A DNA stretch of 64,000 bases from NCBI GenBank assembly GCA_021774775.1, contig JAJFIT010000249.1:4099-68098 (forward strand), in the 5' to 3' direction. The position numbers and the translations under genes are program-made. The stretch comes from Alphaproteobacteria bacterium. Lineage in GTDB: Bacteria > Pseudomonadota > Alphaproteobacteria > Sphingomonadales > Kordiimonadaceae. This document shows, one piece after another, positions 10,552-21,405 of the stretch. Under the pieces are notes generated by a model that ran no database searches, was not told the origin of the DNA, and saw only the letters and a list, made by a program, of their open reading frames with translations. Position 1 is the stretch's first letter. The number at the start of each line of letters is the position of its first letter.

Positions 10552-12114
10552 TTACCACCAAGCGGCGTAAAACGCGATGAGGATCAACACAGTCGCCAAC
10601 GACGCGACGTTGAAGCTTCTGGAAGTTGAAAAGTCGATCTCTTTAAGATCAACGATCTCTGCGTGCTCCTGCTTTTTACCCATCAGCGAAATGCCCACTG
10701 CCAGCGCAGTGCACAAAAGAAAAACAATGCCAACCCTGTCCATGAACGGCAGCTCCGGCCACCACATCCAGAAAGCCCCGGACAGAATGAAGGATCCCAA
10801 TGCCGCGGCAAGCGCTCCCTTCGCGGTTGCCCCTTTCCAAAATAGGCCAAGCAGGAACAATACAACGATACCCGGCGTAAAGAAGCCGGTGAACTCCTGA
10901 ATATATTGGAAGGCCTGATCGAATTTACCAAGGAGCGGTTGCGCTGTAGCCATGGCGATAATTATCGCAGACAGGGCAACGATGCGGCCGACCGAGACGA
11001 GCTTTTTGTCATCAGCTTCAGGCTTGAAATGGTGATACAGATCCATGGTGAAAATCGTCGAAATGCTATTCATCATCGAACCAAGCGATGACAAGATCGC
11101 TGCAATAAGCGCTGCAAACACGAGCCCCTTAATGCCCACTGGTACCAGTTTCATCATTTCAGGATAAGCCTGATCCGGTGCACTCAGGTCGGGTGCCAGT
11201 ACCACGGCCGCGATGCCAGGCAGCACCACAAACAACGGCATGATCAGCTTCAGACCCACCGCCATCATGATGCCTTTTTGCGCTTCGCCGATTGACTTGG
11301 CCGCCAGCGCGCGCTGAATAATATATTGGTTACACCCCCAATAGGAAATATTCATAATCCACATGCCGCCAACCAACACAGACAGACCCGGCAGACTGGC
11401 GTAATGCGGGTTGTCCGGCGACAGGATCATATCAAATTTTTCCGGAACTTTTGCAGACAGCTCGGCAAAGCCCGCGAGCGCACCGTTGCCGCCGCTAACC
11501 TGATCAAGCGCTAACCATGTGACAATCAGGCCGCCCATAACCAGCAGCAGCACCTGGATAATATCGGTCATGGCAACGGCCTTCAGTCCACCGTAGAGCG
11601 AATAAGCAGTTGCAAAACCACCCAGCAGCAACAGACCGTAGACCAGATCAAGCCCGGTGATGGTGTTTATCGCCAGTGCGCCAAGCCATAAAATAGCGGT
11701 GAGGTTGACAAAAACATAAAGCCCGATCCAAAAGGTCGCCATTACCATGCGAACGCTGTGATCATAGCGCTGTTCCAAATATTGCGGCATGGTGTAGATG
11801 CCCTGACGCAGGAAAATAGGCAGGAAATATTTACCAACGATGATCAGGGTAATCGCTGCCATCCATTCATAACTGGCGATACCCAGACCCAGCGCAAAGC
11901 CCGATCCTGACATGCCAATTATTTGCTCGGCCGAAATATTGGCGGCAATCAGCGAGGCGCCAATGGCCCACCAGGGCAGCGCTTTGCCGGCAAGGAAATA
12001 GTCTTTGGTGTCCTTGGCATGACCGGCCTTTTCGCGGCTGACCCACTGGGCCAAACCAATTATGGCAACCGCATATACTGCGATTACTGCAAAATCTACT
12101 CCTGATAGTTCCAC
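10552..12114 (-). CDS. Sodium:solute symporter, SglT-like sodium/glucose-galactose cotransporter
   Basis: DYFLAGK.LPWWAIGASLIAANISAEQIIGMSGSG, NQYIIQRALAA and about 14 hydrophobic segments. Confidence 0.92.
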   Translation of the reverse strand: MELSGVDFAVIAVYAVAIIGLAQWVSREKAGHAKDTKDYFLAGKALPWWAIGASLIAANISAEQIIGMSGSGFALGLGIASYEWMAAITLIIVGKYFLPIFLRQGIYTMPQYLEQRYDHSVRMVMATFWIGLYVFVNLTAILWLGALAINTITGLDLVYGLLLLGGFATAYSLYGGLKAVAMTDIIQVLLLVMGGLIVTWLALDQVSGGNGALAGFAELSAKVPEKFDMILSPDNPHYASLPGLSVLVGGMWIMNISYWGCNQYIIQRALAAKSIGEAQKGIMMAVGLKLIMPLFVVLPGIAAVVLAPDLSAPDQAYPEMMKLVPVGIKGLVFAALIAAILSSLGSMMNSISTIFTMDLYHHFKPEADDKKLVSVGRIVALSAIIIAMATAQPLLGKFDQAFQYIQEFTGFFTPGIVVLFLLGLFWKGATAKGALAAALGSFILSGAFWMWWPELPFMDRVGIVFLLCTALAVGISLMGKKQEHAEIVDLKEIDFSTSRSFNVASLATVLILIAFYAAWW

Positions 12115-12316
12115 GAAATATTCCCCTTTAACTTCAATTTCTTATCACATGAACACTGGTCTCGGCGGCGATCACCCCATGTCCCTTCGATCAACAGTTT
12201 GCAAAACATCCAACACTGAAATTCGACATCAATCTGGAAGCAGCATCAACAGGCTGCCACTCGAAGGCTACTATTTGGATGATCCATCGATCCCTTTGCT
12301 CAATCTGAAAACGAAA

Positions 12317-13816
12317 CTATTCGGCGACAGGGCAGTATTTTTTCAAATAGTCCCCATGTGACGGCATATGATACACAAGATACTTGATGGATTTTTCTAT
12401 CTCAGACACTTCTTTGCTTAGACTGTCCTGGTCCAGCACGTCCGCTAGCGGATTATAACCATCCGGTGCAATGCCCTGACCCAACATAACAGCGGTCCAA
12501 CTTGTCGAGGTGAACAGTTCATCTTCTTCCCGAAAAATCTGTCCGTTCCATTTAAAAAGATCGATCTTCTCCTGAAGCGTGTCAGGGATACTCATGGTCC
12601 GGCAGTGATTCCAAAATTCGCTGTCGTCGCGCTGCGTAGCATTGTAATGCAGGACCAAAAAATCCCTAATCCGATTGTATTCTTTTAGGGTAAGCCGATT
12701 ATAGGTTTTCCGTTGAACGTCCGAGACGCCTTTCAGGGAGAAGGTAGCCAAAAGCTTGGCGACGCCGGTGCTGATCAGGTGGATAGAGGTCGACTCCAAA
12801 GGCTCCATAAAACCTGAGGCGAGGCCAATAGCGACAACATTCTTGTTCCAGAATTTTTTCCGGTGACCCGTTACAAAACGCAGTAACTTTGGGTCAGCAA
12901 GAGGGGGTCCATCCAGATTACTCATCAGAATATCCTGAGCTTCCTGATCTTCCATAAAACCTGAGCAGTAGACATGTCCGTTGCCAAGCCGGTGCTGCAG
13001 GGGAACACGCCACTGCCAGCCGGCAGAATGGGCAGTGGAACGAGTATACGGCAGCGGGTCCTCGAGCTGTTCACAAGGGACAGCCCAAGCACGGTCACAG
13101 GGCAGCCAGTGGGTCCAGTCTTCATACCCCGTTTTCAATGCCTGTTCGATCAAAAGACCACGAAAGCCGGTGCAGTCAATAAAAAAATCGCCTTCAATGG
13201 TCTGGCCGTCTTTAAGTAAAAGACTTTCCACATCGCCGGTTTCATTATTCAGGGAAACAGTGTCCACCATTCCCTCAATCCGCTCCACACCGCGTTTTTC
13301 AGAAAAGTGTCGCAGAAATTCTGCATATTTGATTGCATCCAAGTGATAGGCATAATTGATCGGCGGCAGGTCGTCCCGCCCGCTATCCTCTGAACGACCA
13401 AACTTGCGATACTGGGCTGCAATAGTTTCAGCATTGAACATAAATAGAGGACGAGGGTCACCGCTCTTGCGGTATTTCATCCAGATATGGTGAAAAGCAA
13501 CGCCGTCAATCTGGTAACCATAATCGCCAAACGGGTGGAAATAGCTGTCATTCTGCTTGCCCCAGTTGACGAATTGGATACCTAGTTTGAACGTGCCGCC
13601 CACATAAGACAGCATCTCCGCTTCATCGATCCCCAACATTTCGTTGAACTGGACAAAGGGTGGGATGGTTGCTTCGCCAACACCAACGGTTGCAATTGCA
13701 TCAGATTCAACAAGAACGACCCGCGCCTCCTGGGCTTGGGCAAACTTCGCGAATGCTGCTGCAGACATCCACCCTGCAGTGCCGCCACCAACGATTACAA
13801 TTGTTTTGATTGCCAT
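12317..13816 (-). CDS. Tryptophan halogenase family flavin-dependent enzyme
   Basis: GGGTAGW, VGVGEATIP, TFKLGI.F (catalytic Lys position), WQWRVP (WxWxIP-like) and F.EPLEST. Confidence 0.9.
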   Translation of the reverse strand: MAIKTIVIVGGGTAGWMSAAAFAKFAQAQEARVVLVESDAIATVGVGEATIPPFVQFNEMLGIDEAEMLSYVGGTFKLGIQFVNWGKQNDSYFHPFGDYGYQIDGVAFHHIWMKYRKSGDPRPLFMFNAETIAAQYRKFGRSEDSGRDDLPPINYAYHLDAIKYAEFLRHFSEKRGVERIEGMVDTVSLNNETGDVESLLLKDGQTIEGDFFIDCTGFRGLLIEQALKTGYEDWTHWLPCDRAWAVPCEQLEDPLPYTRSTAHSAGWQWRVPLQHRLGNGHVYCSGFMEDQEAQDILMSNLDGPPLADPKLLRFVTGHRKKFWNKNVVAIGLASGFMEPLESTSIHLISTGVAKLLATFSLKGVSDVQRKTYNRLTLKEYNRIRDFLVLHYNATQRDDSEFWNHCRTMSIPDTLQEKIDLFKWNGQIFREEDELFTSTSWTAVMLGQGIAPDGYNPLADVLDQDSLSKEVSEIEKSIKYLVYHMPSHGDYLKKYCPVAE

Positions 13817-14016
13817 GCTTACGCTCCAATTAAACGAAACCTATACAGGCCGACGGTGCCTATCAAGTGTCCGCCAGCGCTCAAGCAAAAATTCCGGTCA
13901 AGGCACAACACCGGCTAAGAATGCGGCACTCCCTCTCGGGGGCGTCGCAAGCTCGAGGTGCACGCCCAGGTTACAGTCTGCTCGGCTCAGTACCAACAAT
14001 ATTTCGCTGTGATTTG

Positions 14017-14050
14017 GGTGAGCCCGGTCAAGATTAGACCAAGGCTCACC
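14017..14050 (-). terminator. Stem-loop downstream of the TonB receptor (terminator or mRNA-stabilising hairpin)
   Basis: GGTGAGCC-cGGTC...GACC-aa-GGCTCACC inverted repeat ending 8 nt after the receptor stop. The U-tract is weak. Confidence 0.45.
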
Positions 14051-14058
14051 GTATTTCT

Positions 14059-17000
14059 CTAGAAGTTGAAGCGTGCCAGGAAGGTGAAGCGCCTATCGTT
14101 TCTAAAGGAGGTTCGAGGCAACCTCGTGCCATCAAAGTCGATAAGCTGGGTTGTTCTGGTAACTTCATCCAGAAGGTTTACTGCCTGAATTCCCACCTTG
14201 ACGTTATCGGTAACGCTATAGAAAATCGAGCCGTCAAGCTGACCGGTAGATTCGCCGAAGATTGGCGAGAATGGGAAAATGTCATCCCGCGTGGTCAACA
14301 AGAAATCGGACCGCCAGTTGTATGCCAACCTTGCAGAAAACTTCGAGTCTTCATAAAACCCTGTCAGATTGTAGGTGTGTTTGGAAATGCCGGGGAAACC
14401 CAAAGTATCCGCAAACGCTGATCGCCTAACATCATTTTCCGGTGCGCCAAGATCGCCAGGGTCAACATAGGTGTAGGTTCCCTGCATGCCGAGGTTTTTC
14501 AAAGGTCCGGGCAGGAAGTCAAAGGTTTGTTGATACCCTATTTCAAGGCCTTTAATAGTGGCACTATCCTGATTGGTAGGACCATCAATGCGCACTTCTG
14601 CTGTTGTACCACCATCACTGGTGAATTGCCGCAAAGTCGAACTATCAGTTATCAGTCCACTGATATCTTTCAGGAAGAAAGAGGCAGTAAGTGAGCCAAC
14701 TCTACTGAAATACCATTCAACAGAAAGATCATAATTCCATGCGGTAATTGGCCTCAAAAGTCTATTGCCAGTTCGCAAGGCAAAGAGCGTACCTGTCTCC
14801 AGCGTACCTGCCGATTCCAAGGTGCCGAGATTGCCCCCAATGACACCACCAGTTCTGAAATCTGCCAGATCAGGGCGCGAAATCCCTTTAGAAATGGCGC
14901 CCCGAATGAGCAAGTCTTCGGTTAAGCCCACTTTAATATTAAAGCTCGGCAGCCAGTGTTCAAACTCGATATCTGAACTGTCGTCAATCAGTTCACCGGT
15001 GAAGCCTGCTACAAATTCCGCCTGCCTTTGGGGTGACAGGTCACAGAAAGGCGGCAGCACCGCGTTAGGATCACCGCCCGGCGGCTGTTGACAACTCGTC
15101 GTGGCATCCGGCGCATTTTCCGCGAGCGGGAACTGAACTTCACCCGCTGTCTGGATTATGGTTTTCACATAACGCAAGCCAATGTTGCCCTCAATGGCGA
15201 GGCCGTCACCTGGCGCATTGTCGGTGCCAAAATCAACGCGAGCATAAAAGGCCTGTGTTTCCTCAGAAACATCGGAAATTTCACCCGGCAAATAGATGGT
15301 CCCATCAACTAGCCCAGAACGTGAACCCACTGGGCCCCATGTTTCTGCTATACGCGCACCAAAGGCATCAATGATGCCTTCCGCCTGACTTTGTACGATG
15401 CCTGCTGCGTAATCCGCGACCAGGTTGTCACCCCCCCAGAAGAAGCCCGTTCCGCCTGGAACCGGAATATCAGTGTTGCCGCGCTGGAAGTCCTCGAAAG
15501 GTGATCGCAAATTATTGACGCCCTGAGAAGCCGGATTACTGGCGTAAACCGGATTTTTGGGCGTGTCTGTCCATGTCCAGGCATTCGACAGGTTACCCCA
15601 GTTACCAAAATTATTGTCGCGGGTAACACGGTTGCGGTCTGACCAACGCGCACCAAACTTGACCTTCTTGAAGAAACCGCCTTCATTCAGGTCATAGTCA
15701 AAGTCCGCCCGGAAACTGGTCATGTCACCTTCGTTATCGATGAAGCTATCAATCAGAAACCAATTGTAGAAACGATCCGCATTGCTGAAATGACTTGCGC
15801 TGTCTGCACCGAGCGGAGCTCTGAATTCAATGTTAGGCGTTTGCCCATCACCCATATCCAGGAATATGTCGGAACGACCAATCATAGAGGAAATAATCCC
15901 GTCCTCCGTGCGCTTCGACTCAACTCGCTGTGCTTCAAAGTTAATATGAAGACGGTCAGTTGGAGACCATTGAATATCCAGCGAGTAATCCTCTGTGACT
16001 GAATTGTCGGCGCGCTGGAAGCGGCCAAATTCAGTAGGAACGCCGTCTTGAATATCGCAGGGCTGGTCTGGCCCGCTAAAGACAGGGAATTCGCCTGTTG
16101 GCGTGTCAAACGTGCCTGGAACACAGTTGTTGAAACCGTGCCACGCCGTCTGCGAAAGTACACCCGACTGGAAAACACCATTCTGGTCAAAGTTCCACGG
16201 ATTGCCCGCAGGCTGTACCGGGAACAAGGCATCGTCATTAACAAGAGCCAGGATTGAATGCTCATCAACAAACAAGTCGGCTTCAGCCCTCAGGTATTCC
16301 GCGGTAACCAGGAGATTCTTGTCGCTATTCTCCCACTGCGCAACAGCTGAGAAAGCATTTCGGTCTCTTTCATAGCCGGTTGTCCGCACGCCCGCGCCTT
16401 TTGGCACCACGACAGAACCGGTAGGCGGGAAGTTTGTTGCGTCAAATCCGGTGTCATCACCCACACCGCCCGAGTTTACCGATCTGGCCCGGACACAAGG
16501 CCCGTCTAATGTAGCAGCCCGAAAACACGGGTCGGTTATTTGCGAAGCATCTGACTGCGTAATCAGCTCTGACGTAGAGAAGCCAAGCTGAAGGCCAAAA
16601 CGCCCGGAAGAACTTTCCCAAGTGTTTGCCGCCAAAACGGAAAAGCCCGGAGACCACTCTTCAGCAAGGTCACCGTAGTTAGCCTCAATAGTCCCTGCGA
16701 TGCGGAGACCATCTTCATCAAGGGGCTTACGGGTAACAAGATCAACTGTGCCTGAAATGGCCCCTTCAATCATATCCGCCGATGTCGCCTTGAAAACCTG
16801 TACAGCACCCAGAAGTTCGGGCGAGACATCGTTGAAGCTCAACAAACGACCGCCTGTTGCTGAAAACACATCTCGTCCATTCAGTTCAGACCGCACAAAC
16901 GGCAGACCACGGATAACAATATCAGCCCCTTCGACTGAGAAACGATCCGGATCACTGGATTTTTTGAAACGGCCAATATTAACACCCGGGACACGCTGCA

Positions 17001-17253
17001 GCGCTTCTGCCACTGAACGGTCAGCAAGCGCGCCTATGTCTTCCGCTGTTATTGCATCAATAAAGGTGTCAGCATTTTCTTTCAAAGACTGCGCGCTGCT
17101 GAGGGATGCTTTAATACCTGTAACAACGATCTCTTCCAGGCTCTCTTCTTCATCCGCGCTGTCCGCGTCTTGCGCGGCTGCAGACGCAGTCGCTGCCATT
17201 ATAACAGACATAGTGCAGGCCAGCGTCCTGTTACCGTATTTTTGAATTTTCAC
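14059..17253 (-). CDS. TonB-dependent receptor (carbohydrate uptake type)
   Basis: Signal peptide, TonB box EEIVVTG, plug 'DAITAEDIG.L.D.SVAEALQRVPGV', and C-terminal 'NLLDE...RFTFLARFNF' ending in Phe. Confidence 0.95.
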   Translation of the reverse strand: MKIQKYGNRTLACTMSVIMAATASAAAQDADSADEEESLEEIVVTGIKASLSSAQSLKENADTFIDAITAEDIGALADRSVAEALQRVPGVNIGRFKKSSDPDRFSVEGADIVIRGLPFVRSELNGRDVFSATGGRLLSFNDVSPELLGAVQVFKATSADMIEGAISGTVDLVTRKPLDEDGLRIAGTIEANYGDLAEEWSPGFSVLAANTWESSSGRFGLQLGFSTSELITQSDASQITDPCFRAATLDGPCVRARSVNSGGVGDDTGFDATNFPPTGSVVVPKGAGVRTTGYERDRNAFSAVAQWENSDKNLLVTAEYLRAEADLFVDEHSILALVNDDALFPVQPAGNPWNFDQNGVFQSGVLSQTAWHGFNNCVPGTFDTPTGEFPVFSGPDQPCDIQDGVPTEFGRFQRADNSVTEDYSLDIQWSPTDRLHINFEAQRVESKRTEDGIISSMIGRSDIFLDMGDGQTPNIEFRAPLGADSASHFSNADRFYNWFLIDSFIDNEGDMTSFRADFDYDLNEGGFFKKVKFGARWSDRNRVTRDNNFGNWGNLSNAWTWTDTPKNPVYASNPASQGVNNLRSPFEDFQRGNTDIPVPGGTGFFWGGDNLVADYAAGIVQSQAEGIIDAFGARIAETWGPVGSRSGLVDGTIYLPGEISDVSEETQAFYARVDFGTDNAPGDGLAIEGNIGLRYVKTIIQTAGEVQFPLAENAPDATTSCQQPPGGDPNAVLPPFCDLSPQRQAEFVAGFTGELIDDSSDIEFEHWLPSFNIKVGLTEDLLIRGAISKGISRPDLADFRTGGVIGGNLGTLESAGTLETGTLFALRTGNRLLRPITAWNYDLSVEWYFSRVGSLTASFFLKDISGLITDSSTLRQFTSDGGTTAEVRIDGPTNQDSATIKGLEIGYQQTFDFLPGPLKNLGMQGTYTYVDPGDLGAPENDVRRSAFADTLGFPGISKHTYNLTGFYEDSKFSARLAYNWRSDFLLTTRDDIFPFSPIFGESTGQLDGSIFYSVTDNVKVGIQAVNLLDEVTRTTQLIDFDGTRLPRTSFRNDRRFTFLARFNF

Positions 17254-17345
17254 AGTCTCTCCCCTAGAGTTGGATTATTAGCTCAATGCACAACAACTTC
17301 CCCAGTAAAAAAGTTGCTGAAACATTAAATTTGTTAAAGCTAAAA

Positions 17346-17361
17346 ATGTAAGCGCTTTCAT
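17346..17361. promoter_or_regulatory. LacI-family operator copy 1 (ATGTAAGCGCTTTCAT)
   Basis: One mismatch from the perfect palindrome. Lies upstream of the TonB receptor and has the LacI-type central AGCGCT. Confidence 0.75.
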
Positions 17362-17537
17362 TCAGCTAATATCTTTTCGCACAACAGGTCAACACTATTT
17401 TTACAAAAAGGTTATTTTCTTTCAATTTTGTGTCTTTTTTGCCAATAACGCAGTATACGGTGGAATAATTATGCTAACTTCGGTGCGTTATTGGCACCAC
17501 CGGTGTTGACGGGGTGGCGTGAACTGAGTAAGATTTT

Positions 17538-17551
17538 TGTAAGCGCTTACA
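17538..17551. promoter_or_regulatory. LacI-family operator copy 2 (TGTAAGCGCTTACA)
   Basis: Perfect 14-bp palindrome about 50 bp upstream of the GH1 start. Confidence 0.8.
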
Positions 17552-17599
17552 GTGATCGAATACGCGATCTATATCTAATCTTTGGTGGTTTGATTTTTT

Positions 17600-18934
17600 A
17601 TGAATATAACGGTTCCCAAAACTTCTCGGCTACGCAGCAAAGACTTTGTCTTTGGCGTGGCAACGGCTGCGTTTCAGATTGAGGGCGCTGCAGACAGCCG
17701 ACTGGAAAGTATCTGGGATCGGTTTTGCGCCACCCCTGGCATGATTCGCGATGGGTCCAACGGACTGGTCGCATGCGACCACTACAATCGCTGGCGGGAA
17801 GATGTTGACCTTATCGAACAGCTAGGTGTCGACGCTTACCGATTTTCTTTGTCCTGGCCACGTGTCATCGACCAAAATGGTCACTTGAATAAGGTCGGCA
17901 TTACCTTTTACCTAAATCTTCTCGACCGGTTAAACGCAAAAGGTATCAAGCCTTTTGTTACATTTTATCACTGGGATCTGCCGCAGCACCTGCAGGACGC
18001 CGGTGGTTGGTTAAACCGTAATACAGCATTTAAATTCAGGGATTATGTTGATTTAGTATCAAAGGCGTTTGGCGACCGGGTGTTTTCATACGCAACATTG
18101 AACGAGCCTTATTGCTCCGCCTATCTCGGCTATGAAATTGGCATTCACGCACCAGGGATAACCGGTGCACAGCACGGGAAAAAAGCGGCTCACCATTTGC
18201 TCCTGGCACACGGTATGGCAATGGAAGTGCTGGCAAGAAACTGCCCAGATTCGTTGAATGGCATCGTGTTGAATTTCAGTCCTTGCTACAGCAAAACCAC
18301 TAAACCCGAAGACATTGAAGCAGCGAGACTCGCGGATGTATTCCTAAATCAGTGGTACATTGCGCCGATCCTAAACGCGCAATATCCGGACTTGCTGGCA
18401 TCATTACCTGATGATCACAAACCGGACATTCGCGACGGCGATATGAAACTCATTTCGCATGCGATAGATTTTCTTGGTGTGAATTATTACACCCGTGAGT
18501 TTTTTCAAGAGGGCTCACCGTCCGGTTTCCAGCAAGCAGAAAATCTGGAAGGACAAAAAACCGATATGGGGTGGGAAGTTTTCCCACAAGGCCTGACAGA
18601 TCTATTGGTTTCATTGACAACAGATTACAATTTGCCACCAGTTTACATAACCGAAAACGGTGCCGCCATGCCGGATATCGTGGAAAACGGTATGGTTATG
18701 GATACTGAGCGGCTAGCCTACTATCAAAGCCATTTGCAAGCGCTCGATGCCGCTATCGAGCAGGGCGTTGCTATTGAGGGATATTTCGCCTGGAGTTTGC
18801 TCGATAATTTTGAATGGGCGGAGGGCTATGCAAAGCGGTTTGGCATTGTCCATGTAGATTATGAAACGCAAAAGCGGACGGTGAAAGCCAGCGGCAAGGC
18901 ATTTGGTAAATTTCTAAAGCAAAGAGCGGCATAA
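17600..18934 (+). CDS. GH1 beta-glucosidase
   Basis: F.FGVATAAFQIEG, DHYNRW.ED, catalytic TLNEP and ITENG, and WSLLDNFEWAEGY.KRFG. Confidence 0.95.
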   Translation: MNITVPKTSRLRSKDFVFGVATAAFQIEGAADSRLESIWDRFCATPGMIRDGSNGLVACDHYNRWREDVDLIEQLGVDAYRFSLSWPRVIDQNGHLNKVGITFYLNLLDRLNAKGIKPFVTFYHWDLPQHLQDAGGWLNRNTAFKFRDYVDLVSKAFGDRVFSYATLNEPYCSAYLGYEIGIHAPGITGAQHGKKAAHHLLLAHGMAMEVLARNCPDSLNGIVLNFSPCYSKTTKPEDIEAARLADVFLNQWYIAPILNAQYPDLLASLPDDHKPDIRDGDMKLISHAIDFLGVNYYTREFFQEGSPSGFQQAENLEGQKTDMGWEVFPQGLTDLLVSLTTDYNLPPVYITENGAAMPDIVENGMVMDTERLAYYQSHLQALDAAIEQGVAIEGYFAWSLLDNFEWAEGYAKRFGIVHVDYETQKRTVKASGKAFGKFLKQRAA

Positions 18935-18961
18935 AAGACAGTAAATCATCGGGGGGATACG

Positions 18962-20359
18962 ATGTTAAGCGTGAGAGAGAAGATTGCCTACGGGCTTGGC
19001 GATACGGCAAGCAACATTGTTTTCCAAACCGTGATAACCTTTATAGCTTTTTTTTACACTGATATATACGGCCTTTCACCGGCGATTGTCGGTGTCCTAT
19101 TGTTATCCGTTCGTATTTTTGATGCAGTAACCGATCCCCTAATGGGTGTATTGACAGATCGAACTCAGACAAAACACGGCAAGTTCCGGCCTTATATTCT
19201 CTGGCTTGCTTTACCCTTTGGCGTGATCACTGTAGCAACATTTACCACACCAGATTTTTCCGAAAATGGAAAAATTATCTATGCCTTTGTAACCTATGCT
19301 TTGCTGATGGCTGTCTACACCGCGATTAATATCCCCTACTCAGCGTTGGGCGGCGTGTTAACCGACAAACCCGAAGAACGAGTTTCTGTACAGAGCTACC
19401 GCTTTGTTTTCGGCATGCTTGGCGGTTTGATTGTTGGCAGCATGACCCTGCCCTTGGTGGCATATTTTGGTGATGGTAATAACGCCAAAGGCTACCAACT
19501 CACGATGGTTACGCTAAGTGTGTTTGCCGTCGTCATGTTTTTGCTTTGCTTTGCTGGCACCAGGGAACGTGTTGTTCCACCGCCGACTAAGGGTCGAAAA
19601 CTGCGGGAGGATTTCAAGTCATTATGGCAAAATGACCAATGGCGCATCCTGAGTCTCGCGGTTTTTTTCCTCCTGACAGGGATGGTGGCACGGGCAACAC
19701 TCGCCACATATTATGTGAAATATTATATGGGCCTGCCGGATTTCATTACGATCTTTGTAACGGTGGGTCTGGTCGGCAGCATCATCGGCACAGCCCTTTC
19801 GGCTCCCCTTGCAAGACATGTGTGTAAAGTTAAGGCTTATATCTGGCTGCAAATAATATCTGCCATTCTGTGTGCGATCAGCTTCTTCATCCCCGGCGAC
19901 GAGGTATTTCTGACAACAGCCGTCTTCTTTGTCTGGAGCTTGATGTTGCAGATGGCGACGCCACTGTTGTGGGCGAAAATGGCTGATGTTGTTGATTATG
20001 GCCACTGGAAAACCGGCATTCGGATTACCGGATCGGTCTATTCCACGATCGTCTTCTTTCTTAAATTAGGCGTCGCCGTTGGTGGCAGCGTCGCATTGTG
20101 GTTGTTGGCCTATTATGGATTTGAGGCTGACGCAGCCCCAAGTGATACAACCCGCGAAGGCATAAAAGTTTTGTTCACGCTTTTCCCAATCGTCTTTTTC
20201 CTGATTGTTGCAGCAATAATGCAAAAGTACCGTCTGACTGACAGCCTTGTAAAAAGCATACATGACGAGTTACAAGAACAGATGGGAGAATCTGGCTCCA
20301 GTCCTCAAATTGGCTCTGGTCCTCAAAATATCCCCGGACCTCAAACGGAAAATACTTAG
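18962..20359 (+). CDS. Glycoside-pentoside-hexuronide (GPH/MelB-like) MFS symporter
   Basis: EKIAYGLGD.ASN, DAVTDPLMG...DRT.T.HGKFRPY, NIPYSAL and ADVVDYG.WKTG.R. Confidence 0.92.
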   Translation: MLSVREKIAYGLGDTASNIVFQTVITFIAFFYTDIYGLSPAIVGVLLLSVRIFDAVTDPLMGVLTDRTQTKHGKFRPYILWLALPFGVITVATFTTPDFSENGKIIYAFVTYALLMAVYTAINIPYSALGGVLTDKPEERVSVQSYRFVFGMLGGLIVGSMTLPLVAYFGDGNNAKGYQLTMVTLSVFAVVMFLLCFAGTRERVVPPPTKGRKLREDFKSLWQNDQWRILSLAVFFLLTGMVARATLATYYVKYYMGLPDFITIFVTVGLVGSIIGTALSAPLARHVCKVKAYIWLQIISAILCAISFFIPGDEVFLTTAVFFVWSLMLQMATPLLWAKMADVVDYGHWKTGIRITGSVYSTIVFFLKLGVAVGGSVALWLLAYYGFEADAAPSDTTREGIKVLFTLFPIVFFLIVAAIMQKYRLTDSLVKSIHDELQEQMGESGSSPQIGSGPQNIPGPQTENT

Positions 20360-20365
20360 CGCCCA

Positions 20366-21367
20366 ATGGCTACAATATACGAAGTATCAAAACTGGCGGG
20401 CGTCTCTCTTGCCACAATTTCTCGGGTCATCAACGGCACGGGAAAGGTTAGCGAAAAAACCAGCAAGAAAGTAAGAGATGCGATCCGGACGCTGGACTAT
20501 CGCCCCAGTTCGGCGGCGAAATCATTGGCGTCCAATCGATCCGACAGTATCGGCGTTCTGGTTTCCGAGTTTCACGGGCCCTTTTACGGCGCCATGATGA
20601 GCGGGATCGAATCTGAGTTACGTGCCAAAGGCAAACACGGTATTTTCGCAGCGGGCCATAGCGACGAGGCCAGCGAGAAAGAGGGGATCGAATTCCTGAT
20701 CAATCGAAGCTGTGATGCTTTAATCCTGCATGTAGAGGCCGTATCAGACGCCTATCTGATCGAGTTAAGCAAAGGCAGGGTGCCGTTTGTTCTTATCAAT
20801 CGTTTCATTCCTGAACTCAGTGATATCTGTATCAGCCTAAACAATGATTTAGGTGGTTATTTGTCAGCGCGCGCGATGCTTGATAGCGGTCACACGCACA
20901 TTGCCTATGTCTCCGGACCTTTTTGGAAAAATGACAGTAGCGAACGACTTCAAGGTTTCAGACGCGCGCTGGAAAAGGCTTCAGTACCATTTGATGCAGA
21001 CCTTCTTTTTGAGGGAGATTATCACGAAGAAAGCGGGCGGGAAGCCTTGCTGAGTTTTTCCAAAACCCACAAGCGGTTCACAGCTGTTGCCTGTGCCAAC
21101 GATGAAATGGCATCAGGGGTCTATAAAGCCGCCCGTGAACTGGGCCTGAGTTTGCCGGAAGACCTTTCGGTGATTGGGTTTGATCACTCAATTTTCGCCA
21201 GCTATCTGTACCCGCAATTGTCTTCAGTGAATTACCCCATTGGGCGTATGGGGAAAATGGCAGCGCGGCTTGTTCTACGTAATATTTACAAGGCAACTAT
21301 CAAAGACATCAAACATGAATTTGAGCCCGAACTGGTGTCGCACGGTTCAATCGCACAGCCAAAGTAA
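20366..21367 (+). CDS. LacI family transcriptional regulator
   Basis: MATIYEVSKLAGVSLATISRVIN HTH, 'Y.PS..A.SL' hinge and 'P.DLSVIGFD'. Confidence 0.95.
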   Translation: MATIYEVSKLAGVSLATISRVINGTGKVSEKTSKKVRDAIRTLDYRPSSAAKSLASNRSDSIGVLVSEFHGPFYGAMMSGIESELRAKGKHGIFAAGHSDEASEKEGIEFLINRSCDALILHVEAVSDAYLIELSKGRVPFVLINRFIPELSDICISLNNDLGGYLSARAMLDSGHTHIAYVSGPFWKNDSSERLQGFRRALEKASVPFDADLLFEGDYHEESGREALLSFSKTHKRFTAVACANDEMASGVYKAARELGLSLPEDLSVIGFDHSIFASYLYPQLSSVNYPIGRMGKMAARLVLRNIYKATIKDIKHEFEPELVSHGSIAQPK

Positions 21368-21405
21368 CTGTCAGGCAACAAAAGATGCGACCGCACAGCA
21401 GTGGC

